Assembly: GCF_040938485.1 (NCBI RefSeq)
Contig: NW_027271515.1
Location: 62,001 to 126,000, forward strand
Length of the DNA stretch: 64,000 nucleotides
Origin: Diadema antillarum
Lineage: Eukaryota
Reading direction: 5' to 3'
Part shown: one piece after another, positions 1-12,665 of the stretch
Layout of the letters: each line of letters opens with the position of its first letter
Numbering within the stretch: position 1 is the stretch's first letter
Made by a program: the position numbers and the translations under genes
The notes under the pieces: model-generated
Seen by the model: only the letters and a program-made list of their open reading frames with translations
The model's database searches: none
What the model was told of the DNA's origin: nothing

Positions 1-1336
1 TTATGCAAATTATACGAAAGAAGAAACCGTTTATTAATGACGTCACAGAGAGAAAGTTGCTTGACAAGATGACCACCCTACATGCCTAATGATAGTAATC
101 AAAAAATTATGGAAAGTTAATCTATGGATTTAGAGACAAAAAAAGATCTCCCACAATCTAAAGCTTACAAAATACCTGTATATGCGTGTTGTAATTTTGC
201 AATCCTTATGGCTATGTTTCACATAGTTTGAGGTCATCAGAGCAAATTCAAACGTATCCAAACTGTGTTCATTGATACGCTATGGCCATGTCTCTTGTAA
301 GATTAAACTTGTCACTATACCCTTAAGACAAATCTCAGTAATGCAGCTTAAGATTATTATGCACCTTATGTATTTCAGGGGTAATATCAAGGAGCTTCAC
401 TCCTTTTTGATATCTATTATCACATGTTTAGTTCAAAATGATGAATGTGTTAACATATACCCAGTTTTGACCATGATATCATAGCAAAATTGTACAATGG
501 GAATACATATACCTTGATATATTTGAACGTTACACTGGTAACTATATCGTATTATTTCCATATACGCTTGTGTGAGAAGGGCACTTGTAAAGTTATACAT
601 AATTATTATTTTTATAACAATAGATGATAATCAACTATTCCATCTTCCCTTAGGTGTGATTCGGCTGAATTACAAATTTGAACATTGCGTTAGAACTGAC
701 ATTGGACAAATCTTTTAGGAAATATTCTATATTTTATTACACCTGCTATTCTATACCAATTACGTCTATTCTGATTGCTTTTACTCATAATCATTGAACG
801 AACTACATAACTCTGTACAGCACATCGATTTTGATACATCTTTTTTTATCTAGGCCTAATCATGATTGTATTTGAACAGCACATTCATTTTCTACATTAT
901 TGTACATACAAACAAGCATAATACATGACCCACACGTTATTCAGTAAACATGGTAAATATGCTGTCGTAATAAAGCTACTTCCATGGTCTTTAGATGTTA
1001 CTTGTTACGTCATAAACGATAGAATTTTCGTCAGCTTTTTTCTTCTTTTTCAGCACTTGGAAAATTTCGAGGTGATGGCATAATTAGCTCACTCATTTGC
1101 ATATAGACATCACCTGCTCCTGCATGTGCTGTTTTGCATAAATCAGCGAAATTACGCATAACTTCCCTAATTTTTGTCTGATTTTGATCAAATTTTCAGT
1201 TCTCTATGAGCACAACATGTGCTCTTGTGTGTGTCATACGATAGCTGTCTCCCAAAATCCAACCTTCATGTACATTCATCAGTATACCTAAGAGAAGCTG
1301 TAAAGGGAACTCATAATGATATGACATTTTTCTTAA

Positions 1337-1821
1337 AGGAATACGGCATAGTATTGGTTGTGGTGAGGATTCAGCTTTTAACTTTTGGTGAGATATTCAA
1401 AAACCACTATATAAAAATGTTAAAAAGCACGCAATTCTAAAAGGAATTCAAAGTTTAATTGATGAAAATCGGTTTTAAAAATGGCTGCGACATTCACAAA
1501 GTAAAACAAAGCGATTCTAATAAAATGTGGGTCCCACCTTCTATTATTGTTTTGGATATCTCAGCTATTGCAAAACCAATATCTATCAAATAACATTTGA
1601 ATTCATTTCAGCATTGTACGCTTTTTCCTATTTCATAAAAAGTTNNNNNNNNNNNNNNNNNNNNNNNNNNNNNNNNNNNNNNNNNNNNNNNNNNNNNNNN
1701 NNNNNNNNNNNNNNNNNNNNNNNNNNNNNNNNNNNNNNNNNNNNNNNNNNNNNNNNNNNNNNNNNNNNNNNNNNNNNNNNNNAACCTGAAGTCTTATCTC
1801 AGTCAAAACATTACCATCCCT
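1337..1821. mobile_element. Kolobok-like non-autonomous DNA transposon (MITE) spanning the gap
   Basis: Starts TTAA|AGGAATA and ends ATCCCT|TTAG. Has an internal inverted structure centred on TGTGGGTCCCACCTT. Similar to the copy at 47205-47600. Confidence 0.6.
1645..1782. other. Assembly gap (N run)
   Basis: Run of N; it falls inside a MITE. Confidence 0.99.
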
Positions 1822-2200
1822 TTAGAGATCCAAAATTAGCGTTCATTATTGGAAAAAGATGTCAAAGAATTATATGATCTATTTCGTATAATTTCGTTAA
1901 GTATTACTGACAGAAAATGGAAATAACCAGTTGACTTCCAGGGTTGCAATAAAAGATCCCAGAATATTTCATGATAAAATTGTTGAAATTCAATTATGCC
2001 GGGAAATTAATTATACTCATGCCATATTCAACACTTGTGTGCATCACCATTGTGTGTTTGTGTGTGTCTTTTGCACGTTCTGATTAATCAAGAGGCTAGC
2101 TACAATAAGTCCGCTTTATCATCTTATCTATATATTTGACACTTTGAAATATCTACAGCAGTAGAGACTAGGTGGACGTGGTGGAACACTCGAGTGGCCA

Positions 2201-2264
2201 ATGACAACGTTGGTAGTCGTCGTCGTCTTCGTGTTGGCAGTCACTGAACTCGCACTTGCCCAGC
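2201..2264 (+). CDS. SRCR receptor gene 1, exon 1 (signal peptide MTTLVVVVVFVLAVTELALAQ)
   Basis: ATG at 2201, hydrophobic leader, strong donor C|GTAAGT. Phase 1 matches the next exon. Confidence 0.8.
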
Positions 2265-2895
2265 GTAAGTACTTCCGGTAGCCGTAACAGCCCCTCGGAC
2301 GGCAGCATGTTATTTATTCCTGTGTTTTCCAAAAGTGTTTTTACAATATGGAAGGCAAAACTGCTGTAATAAAGAAAGTTGTCAATTTAATGTTATTACC
2401 AGGGATTACATAATATGGAGGTGTTAATGGAAATCTTTTCATCACAAATTGACCGACGAGGGAGGGTTTGGGTACTTTATTGCATTAAAATTATCAGTTA
2501 TAAGCTTCTTTTTTTGTTGGGGGATCAATTCTGAATTTAGTTTTTAATTCTTGTCCCTTATTACTGAAAGTCATCATTTTATTATTGAGAGTCTAGAACA
2601 TTATGAATGAACTTGCAATATCTGTTGCATGTAACCATAATGCTTTGTTTGATCCTAAGCTTAATTTGGACGAAGTGAAAGTATTTTGAAGTCATCGCGG
2701 GTAGGTGTATTGCAAGAAACTATTTTAATGAATATCGAAAGGCGCTACTTGTTGACGTCAATTAAGGAAGAGATGGCATCTTTGTTTTTGTTTTTTGTTT
2801 TTGGAAATCCCAACCATAGAATAAGATATGCAAAGATTTGGTAGGTGTCTTATGTATGATCTAACCCTTTTTGCTTTCCCTTTTAATAACTATAG

Positions 2896-3228
2896 GAGAT
2901 GGTGACTTGCGGTTAGTCGGCGGTTCATCCCCTCGGCGCGGTCGCCTTGAGATGTTCGGGGGTTCCTCCTGGGCAACGATATACAACGGAGGCGACTTCG
3001 GACGTCGAGAGGCACTGGTCGCCTGCAGGCAGCTGGGCTTCATCGCCTATGACTCCGACAACGTCGACGTGTATGATGGCGGAGTATACGCTAGTGGTTC
3101 GACCGGCGTGAGGTTGGAGTGGGTGTATTGTGATGGACGCGAGAGACGATTGTCGGATTGCATGTACAGCCTTTGTGAGGAAAAGAAATGCCCTGGTGGA
3201 GGGGACATAGCAGTGGATTGCGGTAGTG
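2896..3228 (+). CDS. SRCR receptor gene 1, exon 2 (scavenger receptor cysteine-rich domain)
   Basis: DGDLRLVGGSSPRRGRLEMF...ACRQLGF...YCDGRERRLSDC...IAVDC fits the SRCR pattern. TATAG| acceptor, G|GTAGGT donor, symmetric phase 1-1, 333 nt. Confidence 0.9.
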
Positions 3229-4172
3229 GTAGGTTTTGAGAATGTTTTATCGCTCTTTATTCAATTCTTTCTGCTTTGGTAGTATCTCCTTTATGTAAGC
3301 TTTAACATCCATGCTCTTCAACCTCCTCCTCATTTATTTATAAAAACTTCCAGTCTTTATTTCATGCAATTCTTCAATCTATTTCTCAGTTATGAAGATA
3401 ACACAACTGACGTTTGGGGTAAATTACTACATGCACCCTTAGAGAAAGATTTTACAGAACCATTGAACACAATACGTGAAAATACTTCTCTCAGTTATCT
3501 CCTTGTTCCTCTACATGATTATCTCTAACATCAGATATTGCCTTGTTTGGCGTGGAGTACTAATAACAACATTGAGTTTTGTATCTAACTTTATCAACAC
3601 AAACATCATAACCTCACCCATACAAACTATGGTGAACGAGTTTTAGATCCCATAGAAACTAGATAAAGAGAAGGTATAAATGAGGTAAAATTTATGGGGC
3701 TAGGGAGCTTTTTACGAGAGAAAATTGCATATAGAAAGAATTACCGAAATATATATCAAAGAAGGGGAAAACCTTTAAGTTGATTGAGGAGATTATATTT
3801 GATAATCACCTGTTCTTAACAAGGGAATTTTTTAGCCCGAATGGATTAATACTTGAGTTTGCGTCAGTCAAACATTTCGATAGATTCTTTATGAACGAAT
3901 TGAACGAAAATGAAATAGTAACTTTGCATTGAACCTCCCCATGCTACATCAGAATTTTAGAGTACCGTGTTAGATTATTCATTTTATGAGAGCAGATATT
4001 ATTGATAAACTTTCGTTGGCAATGCAACGTCTAACTGGTTCCAGCACAAGCGACAAATTGCCAACAGTAACAATCATAATCTTACTTTTAATGCTTAAAA
4101 TAAAATGCTGAGAATTGCATAATATCCTTCAATAACATTTTTTTTTTTGTGTGTGTGTATTAAATCGTAAAG

Positions 4173-4669
4173 GTGGCAGAGTGTTGAGTGGAGCAACTGA
4201 GCCTGGTCGTTTGAGTGGCTTCATGCTTCTGACGGTTGTAGTCTTCTTCTTTGGCCACGCCTACATGCGCCGCAGAGAATGGGGTCCCACTGGCCGATCC
4301 CTCCTACCAATCCCTCGCTACAGGCGCGGGCGTGTTCCTGCTCCAGGTTTGGATGATGCTACCACTACATCCCCGTCGCACGAGGCTCCTACAGGAGCAA
4401 CTGAGAATCAGGTACGGGATGATAGAGGGACCGACGCTGCAGGCGCTGGTTCCTCGCTGTCGACATCCGGGTCCGACGCTTTACTAAGAAGTTCAATGGT
4501 TGCCCCGGTAGTGCTTCAATCTTTTCCTGCGACATCGCCGACTGTTTGTACAGGACCGCCACCTAGCTATTCTGACGTTTCATCACACAGTTACTTGCAG
4601 AGCCCCAACTGTGACCCAACACAAGAAATGATGCCACCTCCCTCGTATGACGACATAATAGCAAAATGA
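4173..4669 (+). CDS. SRCR receptor gene 1, exon 3 (linker, TM helix, cytoplasmic tail with two PPxY motifs)
   Basis: AAG| acceptor in phase 1. TM LSGFMLLTVVVFFFGHAYM followed by RRR, then PPPSYSDV and PPPSYDDI, then TGA. Joined CDS is 894 nt (297 aa). Confidence 0.8.
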
Positions 4670-4703
4670 CGGAGTGCTTGCAAACCAATCCCTATAGCTA
4701 ATT

Positions 4704-5095
4704 CTATGCTAGACGTTATATACCGATCCTGTTTTGGCCATTGACAAACAGTGTTCTTCTTGGACATTCATTTAAGCCCTGGATTGTACATCTTTCTGTG
4801 AATGGGTGTGAGTTCAGCGTTCTGCTCAACTTCCGCTTACTAGAAACGATATTTTCATTGAACTGACGTGGCCATCATATTCAACTCCACTGGAAAAATC
4901 TATGCTAGACCTTTTACCGATCCTGTTTTGGCCATTGACGAACAGTGTTCTTATTGGACATTCATTTAAGTCCTGGATTGTACATCTTTCTGTGAATGAG
5001 TGTGAGTTAAGCGTTTTGCTCAACTTCCGCTTATTGAAACGATATTTTCATTGAACTGACGTGGCCATCATATTTCCATAACTCCGCTGGAAAAG
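4704..5095 (+). repeat. Direct tandem duplication, ~196 bp x2, just downstream of SRCR gene 1
   Basis: CTATGCTAGAC...CCGATCCTGTTTTGGCCATTGAC... starts at 4704 and again at 4900 with few differences. Confidence 0.9.
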
Positions 5096-7698
5096 TCGAG
5101 CCTGAAGTCTTTTCAAATCTTGCGCTTACGCCTATCTGAAATTCAAGATTGTCCGAGTGCGGAAATTAGCACAGAAACACACAGCCCCTGTAGAGGGTCG
5201 ATTAAAGTAGCCAGGACTTGGGTATCAAGCCTGACCTTTGTACCCAAGAACCGGAGGATGGTGGGCTCAAAATGTCCTGTGAACACTTACGTTGACTTAT
5301 GTTTTTCCCATGCTCCCCTACTTATCTCCAGCCTGGACAATGATTAACCACGAGTTTACTTTTTCTGGAATAATTCAAGATAACATACGTTGTACTGGCC
5401 TACATTGCACTTTCATCTTCAACGTGTTATCTAATGCTTTGGTCAGGGTTAATCATTGGCAAAATGAATCTCCACACCATATCAATAGTTCGAGAAGAAC
5501 CACGGTCACGATATACATATACATATAAATTATATATAGTGACAGCAATGGACTAAACTTAAACATGGTGGGGCGGTGTAGGCAATATATACCTATAAAA
5601 AGTGTGTATTATCTATTTATTTAATGAGACAGGAATTAAACCATCTTATCTTCTGAAGAAGTAATGATGGCATTCGTTATCACAAAAATACACACAGGTC
5701 AGACTTACGTGTGCCACGTGTGGCACCCATTTCTGCAAAGGCCTTCTTGAAGAATGCGAAATTCACACCACTGCAGACTACGCCTCGTTTTCAAGCAAGT
5801 GCATCGTTTTACTGGTTGAGTTCAACTTAGAAAGAGCGAGTACAAAGTTGTGGGAATATCGTCCTCCGTCCAACCATGATTACCGGACAGATCAATCCTG
5901 TGTTGTATTCAAACGTTCATTTCAGAAATTTCATATCTTCACACATGAAGTTTTCTGCTCCCACTAGATATTCAAGGATTTTGCTCTCTTTTTTGTGCAG
6001 GATCAGTCAGGTTGAGGATAACAGCAACTTCACCTTAAAAGGTGTCTGTGATGAAATTCACTTATTTATCTATCTATGTTTTCTTTAAAAGAATGGTTGC
6101 TTCATTTAGAGCCACAAAGGCCTGCTGTACAAGGGATCGAGCCTTACGTATAAACGTTACAAAATAAAATACGGACTTACAAATAGTATTACTCACAAGT
6201 AACATATATATACAAATGGAAAATAAATCAAAAAGATATGAAAACATACAACATAATAAAAGTGGTGGTCATTTACAAATTAATAGTGAAATCAAAAGAT
6301 AAACTGGTGATGCCGGAGGAGTTTCTTGAAAATTTGTGAAGGGGATGATTGAACGGAAATTGGTAATGAATTGAACATTTTACTGATGGAGTATGAGAAA
6401 GAACGTTTTTTGTTGTGTTTTTGGCTTAGGTAAGTATAGCTGATTCTTTAGGATATGTTTAGTATGTTATGGTTATGTTATGTCTGGTATATGTATGTTT
6501 TATTTAGTTATTCTCAGCGTTATTATATAGTATTTCCGTTATCATAGAAATTTGTTGTATATTACAGTTTCAAAGCCAAGCATAACAAAGTAAACACCTT
6601 TCAAAAACTTGGCCTATGAATCAACTCGTGTGAATCACAGCCGGTTTCTATTTTGCCTATCATTGCCTAATAAGCAGACGATATAATTCCAAATATAAGC
6701 ATAATAATATAATGTATAGATTGATTAAAATGTTTCTTGTATAACTTAACATATCATGTGAGTTATGTTCCGTATTTATGGGATTGCTATCATTTTTTGA
6801 TCTGTAGATGTTTTTACATACATCTACATGTATTTGATAATCACATAGTGGATGTGAAAATGTATCAGGAAAACTTGCTATACATGTTATACCTGTAGGC
6901 CTACATGTCATATTCAATCTGCCATGCCATGATGTGCTGACGTATATTACTGATCAAAACGTTTTCATGGATGCTAGTTTTCAGGCAAAGGTCTGATGTA
7001 TTTCAGGCCCTCTCTTTCATTCTAAATGGCATCCTATGTTTTAAGCATTTTTTTTTTCTGTGTGTGTGTGTAGGATCAACTATAGAGCAATGTCATAATT
7101 GCAATCTAATTGACCAAAATCATCCATATGCAAATAGAAGATTGATGAATTTGAATGACAAAGTGTCAACGCTATTACGTATTTGGAATCTAATTACAAA
7201 ATTCTTGAAGTAGAAGTTTTATATCACGCTTTAACTTTATTCAGTTCTCATCAAAAGAAAATCTTAATATGAACATGATTTATGATGCAGTTATAGTGCA
7301 GTGCACGCATTCTCATTTAAGCTTCGCAAGAGGCGAGAATGGATGATGTTAATGTCTAGGCACACGTTTTCATGAATAAATGTATGAATTTGAATATCAT
7401 ATGATCAATTTTAATTTTCTTCTCAATTATAGTTAGGATATAACTTTCGAAGAAAGAAAATCGATGAATGATGAGGTGTATTGATCCAGGAAGAGTCATG
7501 GATTTGAATGTCATGTATTTATCAGTAAGTCGTCCTGAGCAATATACAATTTTGTTGACGTATCAGAGGTAATCATAAAAGATCATTGCTGGAAGCTTGC
7601 AAAACACATTCATTTTTAGATTCATGCTTAGATAGATATAAAGCCTCGTCACCATCTCAAGACATAAATCCATACGCCACAAATGCATGCATGCATAC

Positions 7699-10279
7699 TT
7701 ATCTTCTTTCTTTCAATCCATACCTGAAGATCATAACGTTACAAGAATTTTTCCTTGTTGTTAACATATTTGGATTATCCCTAAAGATCATAATATGACA
7801 AGTATTTTTTCTTGTTGATAAGATATGTGCACTATCATCATAATGATTATAGGAAAAAGAAAAAAAGCCTGCGTAACAGCTGTATACATGTATTATCACT
7901 TCAGCCCAATCCCGTACTTTGAAAAGAACGCGTATTTACGCGAGTAAAAGCGTATACAGTGTCTCATTACAGGACCTTTTTGGGATGCTTTCGTAGTAAT
8001 ACCAAAATAATTATTAACTTCACGATTGACAATAAGGGATTTCGTTCAAGTCAATCGTTCTTTTTCTTAAAGACCTCTTAGTAATCAGATGATACTCGGG
8101 TTGCAAATGAATTTCAGAGATGTATTTAAATGCATCTTTCCACCAGCTCTGTGGACTTCATAAACCTCTTTCTCTTACAGATATTTTTCTTTGACTTCGC
8201 CTTCTTTGAAAATATTGCTTCCACAGCCATGAATGTAACATTTGAAATCACCATGGTGATCTGTTGCAACAGTAATATCAAATTTGTCATATAATATGTT
8301 ATGTTTTAATGAGATTGTTATATGGACCATATAATCTTACAAAATATTTAATGGAGTAGTTCATTATGTACTTCAGCAAGCATTAAACAAATGATTCATT
8401 ACATTCTTTTATTCAAGCTAACATTTCACCGTAAATACTGCAGTCTAAAACAAAAAAGAAAACAAAACGAGAATATCTGTATCTATATCATTAAAGCTTT
8501 ATTGGTTTGTGATACAATGTATCCGGTTGTAGTCAGCAGTGTTCTTCACAAGATGCTGTTGCACATACAAATTAATAGTGAAAAAAAGTACTTGCGGTGT
8601 TGCTGTCAACAGCAGCCAACAGCAGCTAAAAACAAAACAAAACAAAAAACAAAAAAAAAACACCCTAACAACAACTTTCAGCCAATGACCCTCAATTACA
8701 GAATTAGATACCAGAATTTGGTTGATGTTTGATAATGTGTTTCAGTTTCTATTGCTGCCAAACGTTCTAGGCTGCTGCAAAGTTTTGCCTTGTTAACCGA
8801 ACAACATTTGAATTTGTTAAGTAAAGTTCGTGGGAAAATACAAGCAGATTGTAATATACCTGCAGTCGCCTAAACTAGATAATCAATTTAGCACTGTATT
8901 CCTATTTCACCATTGTCTAAATGATACCATAGAATGTGCCAAATGAAAGATAATATCTTGTGGACAATATTCCCACTTTCCTTGATGTTTGCATAGAAGC
9001 TGCATTAATCGCTTTAAGAATCATCACATTTTTACTTCCGTGTATGTTCCTCAGAACGTTTACATAATTTCATCACCATTGTAATGATTGAAATTAGACT
9101 AATTATTGCCTGGTCCCTTGAACGTTACACGGCATGACCATGTTGTTGCTATAATTCTGTGTTTTCTTCTCGAAAAAAAAAAAACATGAACGAAATACAA
9201 CGATTTATGAAGTGACATGCAAGTAAGCATCACTCAATAGTTACACGAACTTACTCGCAACTTCCTTGCATGAATTGTCAAATACTGTATTATCACCTTA
9301 TGTCAAATACAGAAATGCTGTAGACATTCATCATGAGGAATGCGTGACTCAGACCGTCGCCTCGAAACAAATGAATGATATACCAGAAAATAAAAATATT
9401 ATGATTACAAAGAGCCAACCTGGGTGTGCATATAACAGTCAGTAAAAGAACGCTGCGTTGAAGCGTGTCCGTGTGCATGTGTGTGTGTGCGTGATCGAGT
9501 GCGTGTTCGTGCGCGTGTGTGTATGTGTGTATGTAGTTGTCCGTGTGAGTAGTGTTAAGGGTTGAACAATAATTTTAGTTAAGGGGGACTATAGAGAGAG
9601 AGAGAGAGGACGTCCGTAGCCCGTCGTGTAATTGGGATTATATACTCAAGGGTTCCTTAACCCGAAAATGAAATGAGGTTCGTCATTCCACAGGTTCGTT
9701 ATTCCGAAGAACTAGACGTTTGTTAATCCGGAGATGAGAAGCATACTGATGAACCTCAGAATTACCAACCTTTTTTTTTCAATTTCTGATTAACGAATCT
9801 TCGGAATAAAAACTTTATATTATTTTTGGACTAACGAATCTTTGGATTAACGAACCACTGCCGATCAGATCAACTCGATCAAGACCGATGAAGCCCGATC
9901 GTCCCACTAACCCCCACCAATTTCGACCAAATGCTTGATTGTGAAAATTCTTAGGAATAACGAACCATGTTTCATTTTTGGAATTACGAATCTTCGGAGT
10001 AACGAACTGTTACCGTGTAGTATTTGTTTTCCAGAAAAGCCTTATTGTGAAGTTACGAGCAGAAAACCGGATGTCGTGCCTGCTTGAAACTGATGTGATT
10101 AGTTGTCAGTGCAGTGTTTACCCCTTGAGTTGCTCCTTAAAAGAGTTAAGTCGCGCCATTTAATTTTGATTGTTAAGGAACTAAAATGTCTGGACCGTGG
10201 TTTCTGACTTTCTGAATGGGATCATTTAGTGTGTAAGTGTTTTGTTGTTTATGATAGCTTGGTAAGGTCGGATACGAGC

Positions 10280-10311
<32 letters not shown>

Positions 10312-11677
10312 CTTAAGAGTGCTTTACAAAATAACAAGGGAAGTTTATTACAAGTAAATTCAAACAAAAAGGACTAGCCCAAAGGATGTGAATGTATCAT
10401 CCGGTCAAATGCTCTAGACAGCCAAAGAAAGGTGCTATGAGGGATAGGCAACATTTATGTTAAAGTACGTACAGCTTGAGTTTTAGTAAGGAACAGAGAA
10501 TTTTATTATGATATTACTTCATTATCATAAACGAAATCCCAAACTCACGTCGGTTTGGAAGTCGTATATTGCGTTCAAAACATCTAAAAATAATTTATAT
10601 TAATAAGTTTGATAAGGTTGAACAAACATGACAGTCTTGTAATACGTCACAGCACATCGTTATACCCTTCACTATATATCAATAATAGTAGACATTTATA
10701 GAGCGCCTTTTCCACTGGATGCAAAGCGCTATACTGATGTGGTAGTCGCGAACATTACCATATCAAATGCAGAAGCAAAGGAAATATCATATTAAAAATT
10801 GACCTTGTTTAGAATGGTATGCGTATATAGAATACTCAAGATTTATTGATGATACACAATGAATACGTATAAGGAAGGAAATACTAATTCTAAAATCACG
10901 TATGATAGGTCCGAAATAAAAGATTTACGTATGATAGCAGAAATATAAATTCACATTTTTCTACTATTGGTCAAAACCTTTCTAAAAACATTCCGTTGTC
11001 ATGTAGCCCATATGATTATCAAGATGAACGTAATCAATGTTCATTATTTTTTTCCACACATCGGTATAGGAGATTCTTTACCTTGTTCATATACTTTACC
11101 ATCTAAAAGAAGTTCTGGCTATGATGATATTGATGACATTATACTAACAAATATAACATATTGTATTGTTTTAGCCGTTATTTCTTAATATTACATTCAA
11201 CGAGTCGCGAACATACCTCTGATCTCTATAGGAAGTAACATGTCTATAGAAATCCAGTGGGACATTCCCTGCAGAACCATCTACTAAGTAGTTCAATCTG
11301 CTAATTCTTTCGTCATTAGAGGGCGTTAATATTCTGGGAAGCAATTAGTAGTAGTCGGTTTGGAAGTCAGACTAACTTCATGCCAGTGAATATCACCTCG
11401 ATCATGGCGCTATTAAACTCCATGATGATTACACAGGTATACATCAGTCGGATCTTCATGTTCATCTACAGCCAGGCTGGAGCCTCTCCCATATCTTCCC
11501 TCACTGCTGCGAGTAGGAGCAACGTTTGCTCATAATAAAATTGGTGAGTATCATGCCTGAAAGACTCCACTCACCGGAGGCTTTTGTGAAGATTAGCTTC
11601 GTATAGACCACAGAAAGCAACAATATGTGATAGGACTTATTGATTACGATGATTCTCACAAGCTTTAATTCTACCAT
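7699..11677 (-). CDS. Candidate small spliced orphan gene, complement(join(7699..7723,8179..8260,9255..9296,11575..11677)), 83 aa
   Basis: Three canonical donors (GTGAGT, GTAAGT, GTAAGA) and AG acceptors with compatible phases (1,1,2). Product: MVELKLVRIIVINKSYHILLLSVVYTKLIFTKASGDNTVFDNSCKEVANHHGDFKCYIHGCGSNIFKEGEVKEKYLYGLKERR*. No family recognised. Confidence 0.35.
9650..10016. repeat. Interspersed repeat built of TTCGTTATTCCGAA / TAACGAATCTTCGGAA subunits in both orientations
   Basis: Repeated ACGAATCTTCGGA-like motifs, inverted between the two halves. Probably a non-autonomous transposon. Confidence 0.5.
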
Positions 11678-12627
11678 TTTTTTTAATGAGAAAAAGACAA
11701 TGTCTGTTTATGTCCAAATCTTTATTGATATCATCCAGTTCCGACGAACGCTAAAATAACGAACATTACCCCCGATTTACTCCACTTTAATTCCCCTATA
11801 TTGTATCACGTAGCCCGTCTATTATTAACAACATGAAACTTATACATGACGGGTTCTGTGATTTAACTCAGAATTTTTGGATGCACTTCACTTTAGATCA
11901 GTATAGGACCTAGATGTATTTACGGTCATTCGGTCTCAAGTCCTATCGCCATATTGTGAACAAGAAATACACACTCCACGCTATAGGCTTAATTCCCCTG
12001 ACCGTCAATGAGTAGAGGATGAGTTCCATGAATGAAAGCTGTTTAGGATTATTTTAGATCATAGAGGTCAGGGTAGTCTACAAGGATATGTGACTACATG
12101 CATTGAGATATAACCATTATTTCCCCCCCCCCCCCCGCACCTGCAATATGACTCTAAATTGATTTCCACCTTTGAAAAAGGTTAGAAAGACATATAGACT
12201 TACTTTTCAATGACGTCGTGTCAAGTCAAGTGTCACTGTTATGATCGTGTTTTCAAAAAGCAAATAGCAAGGAAGCTGGTTTTGTTGCAAAAAACGACTG
12301 TAGCATCATTTTACCTCTACAGAAAAATCCGTCTGTCCAGATGAGTTGTTTTTTTTTTTAATCATTTCTTGACATAACGGCTCTCCTCCGTAGGCAGGAG
12401 AGGAATCCGCGTGATGAAGTCAGACGTCGTCTCAGCGACGACAAAATACAGACCGATCATTCGGTCAATATTTTACCTATCAAGGGGCTCGAAACTTTTT
12501 TCTTTGGGGGGGGGGGGGGGGAGGGAGTGGGGCAAGACTCAGGATGGTGATAGGGTCGAGGTTAATATCACCTTTCCCACCCCTACTTTAATTGAAAACG
12601 TGTCGGGCGGAATCGGAAAGCAATGGA

Positions 12628-12665
<38 letters not shown>

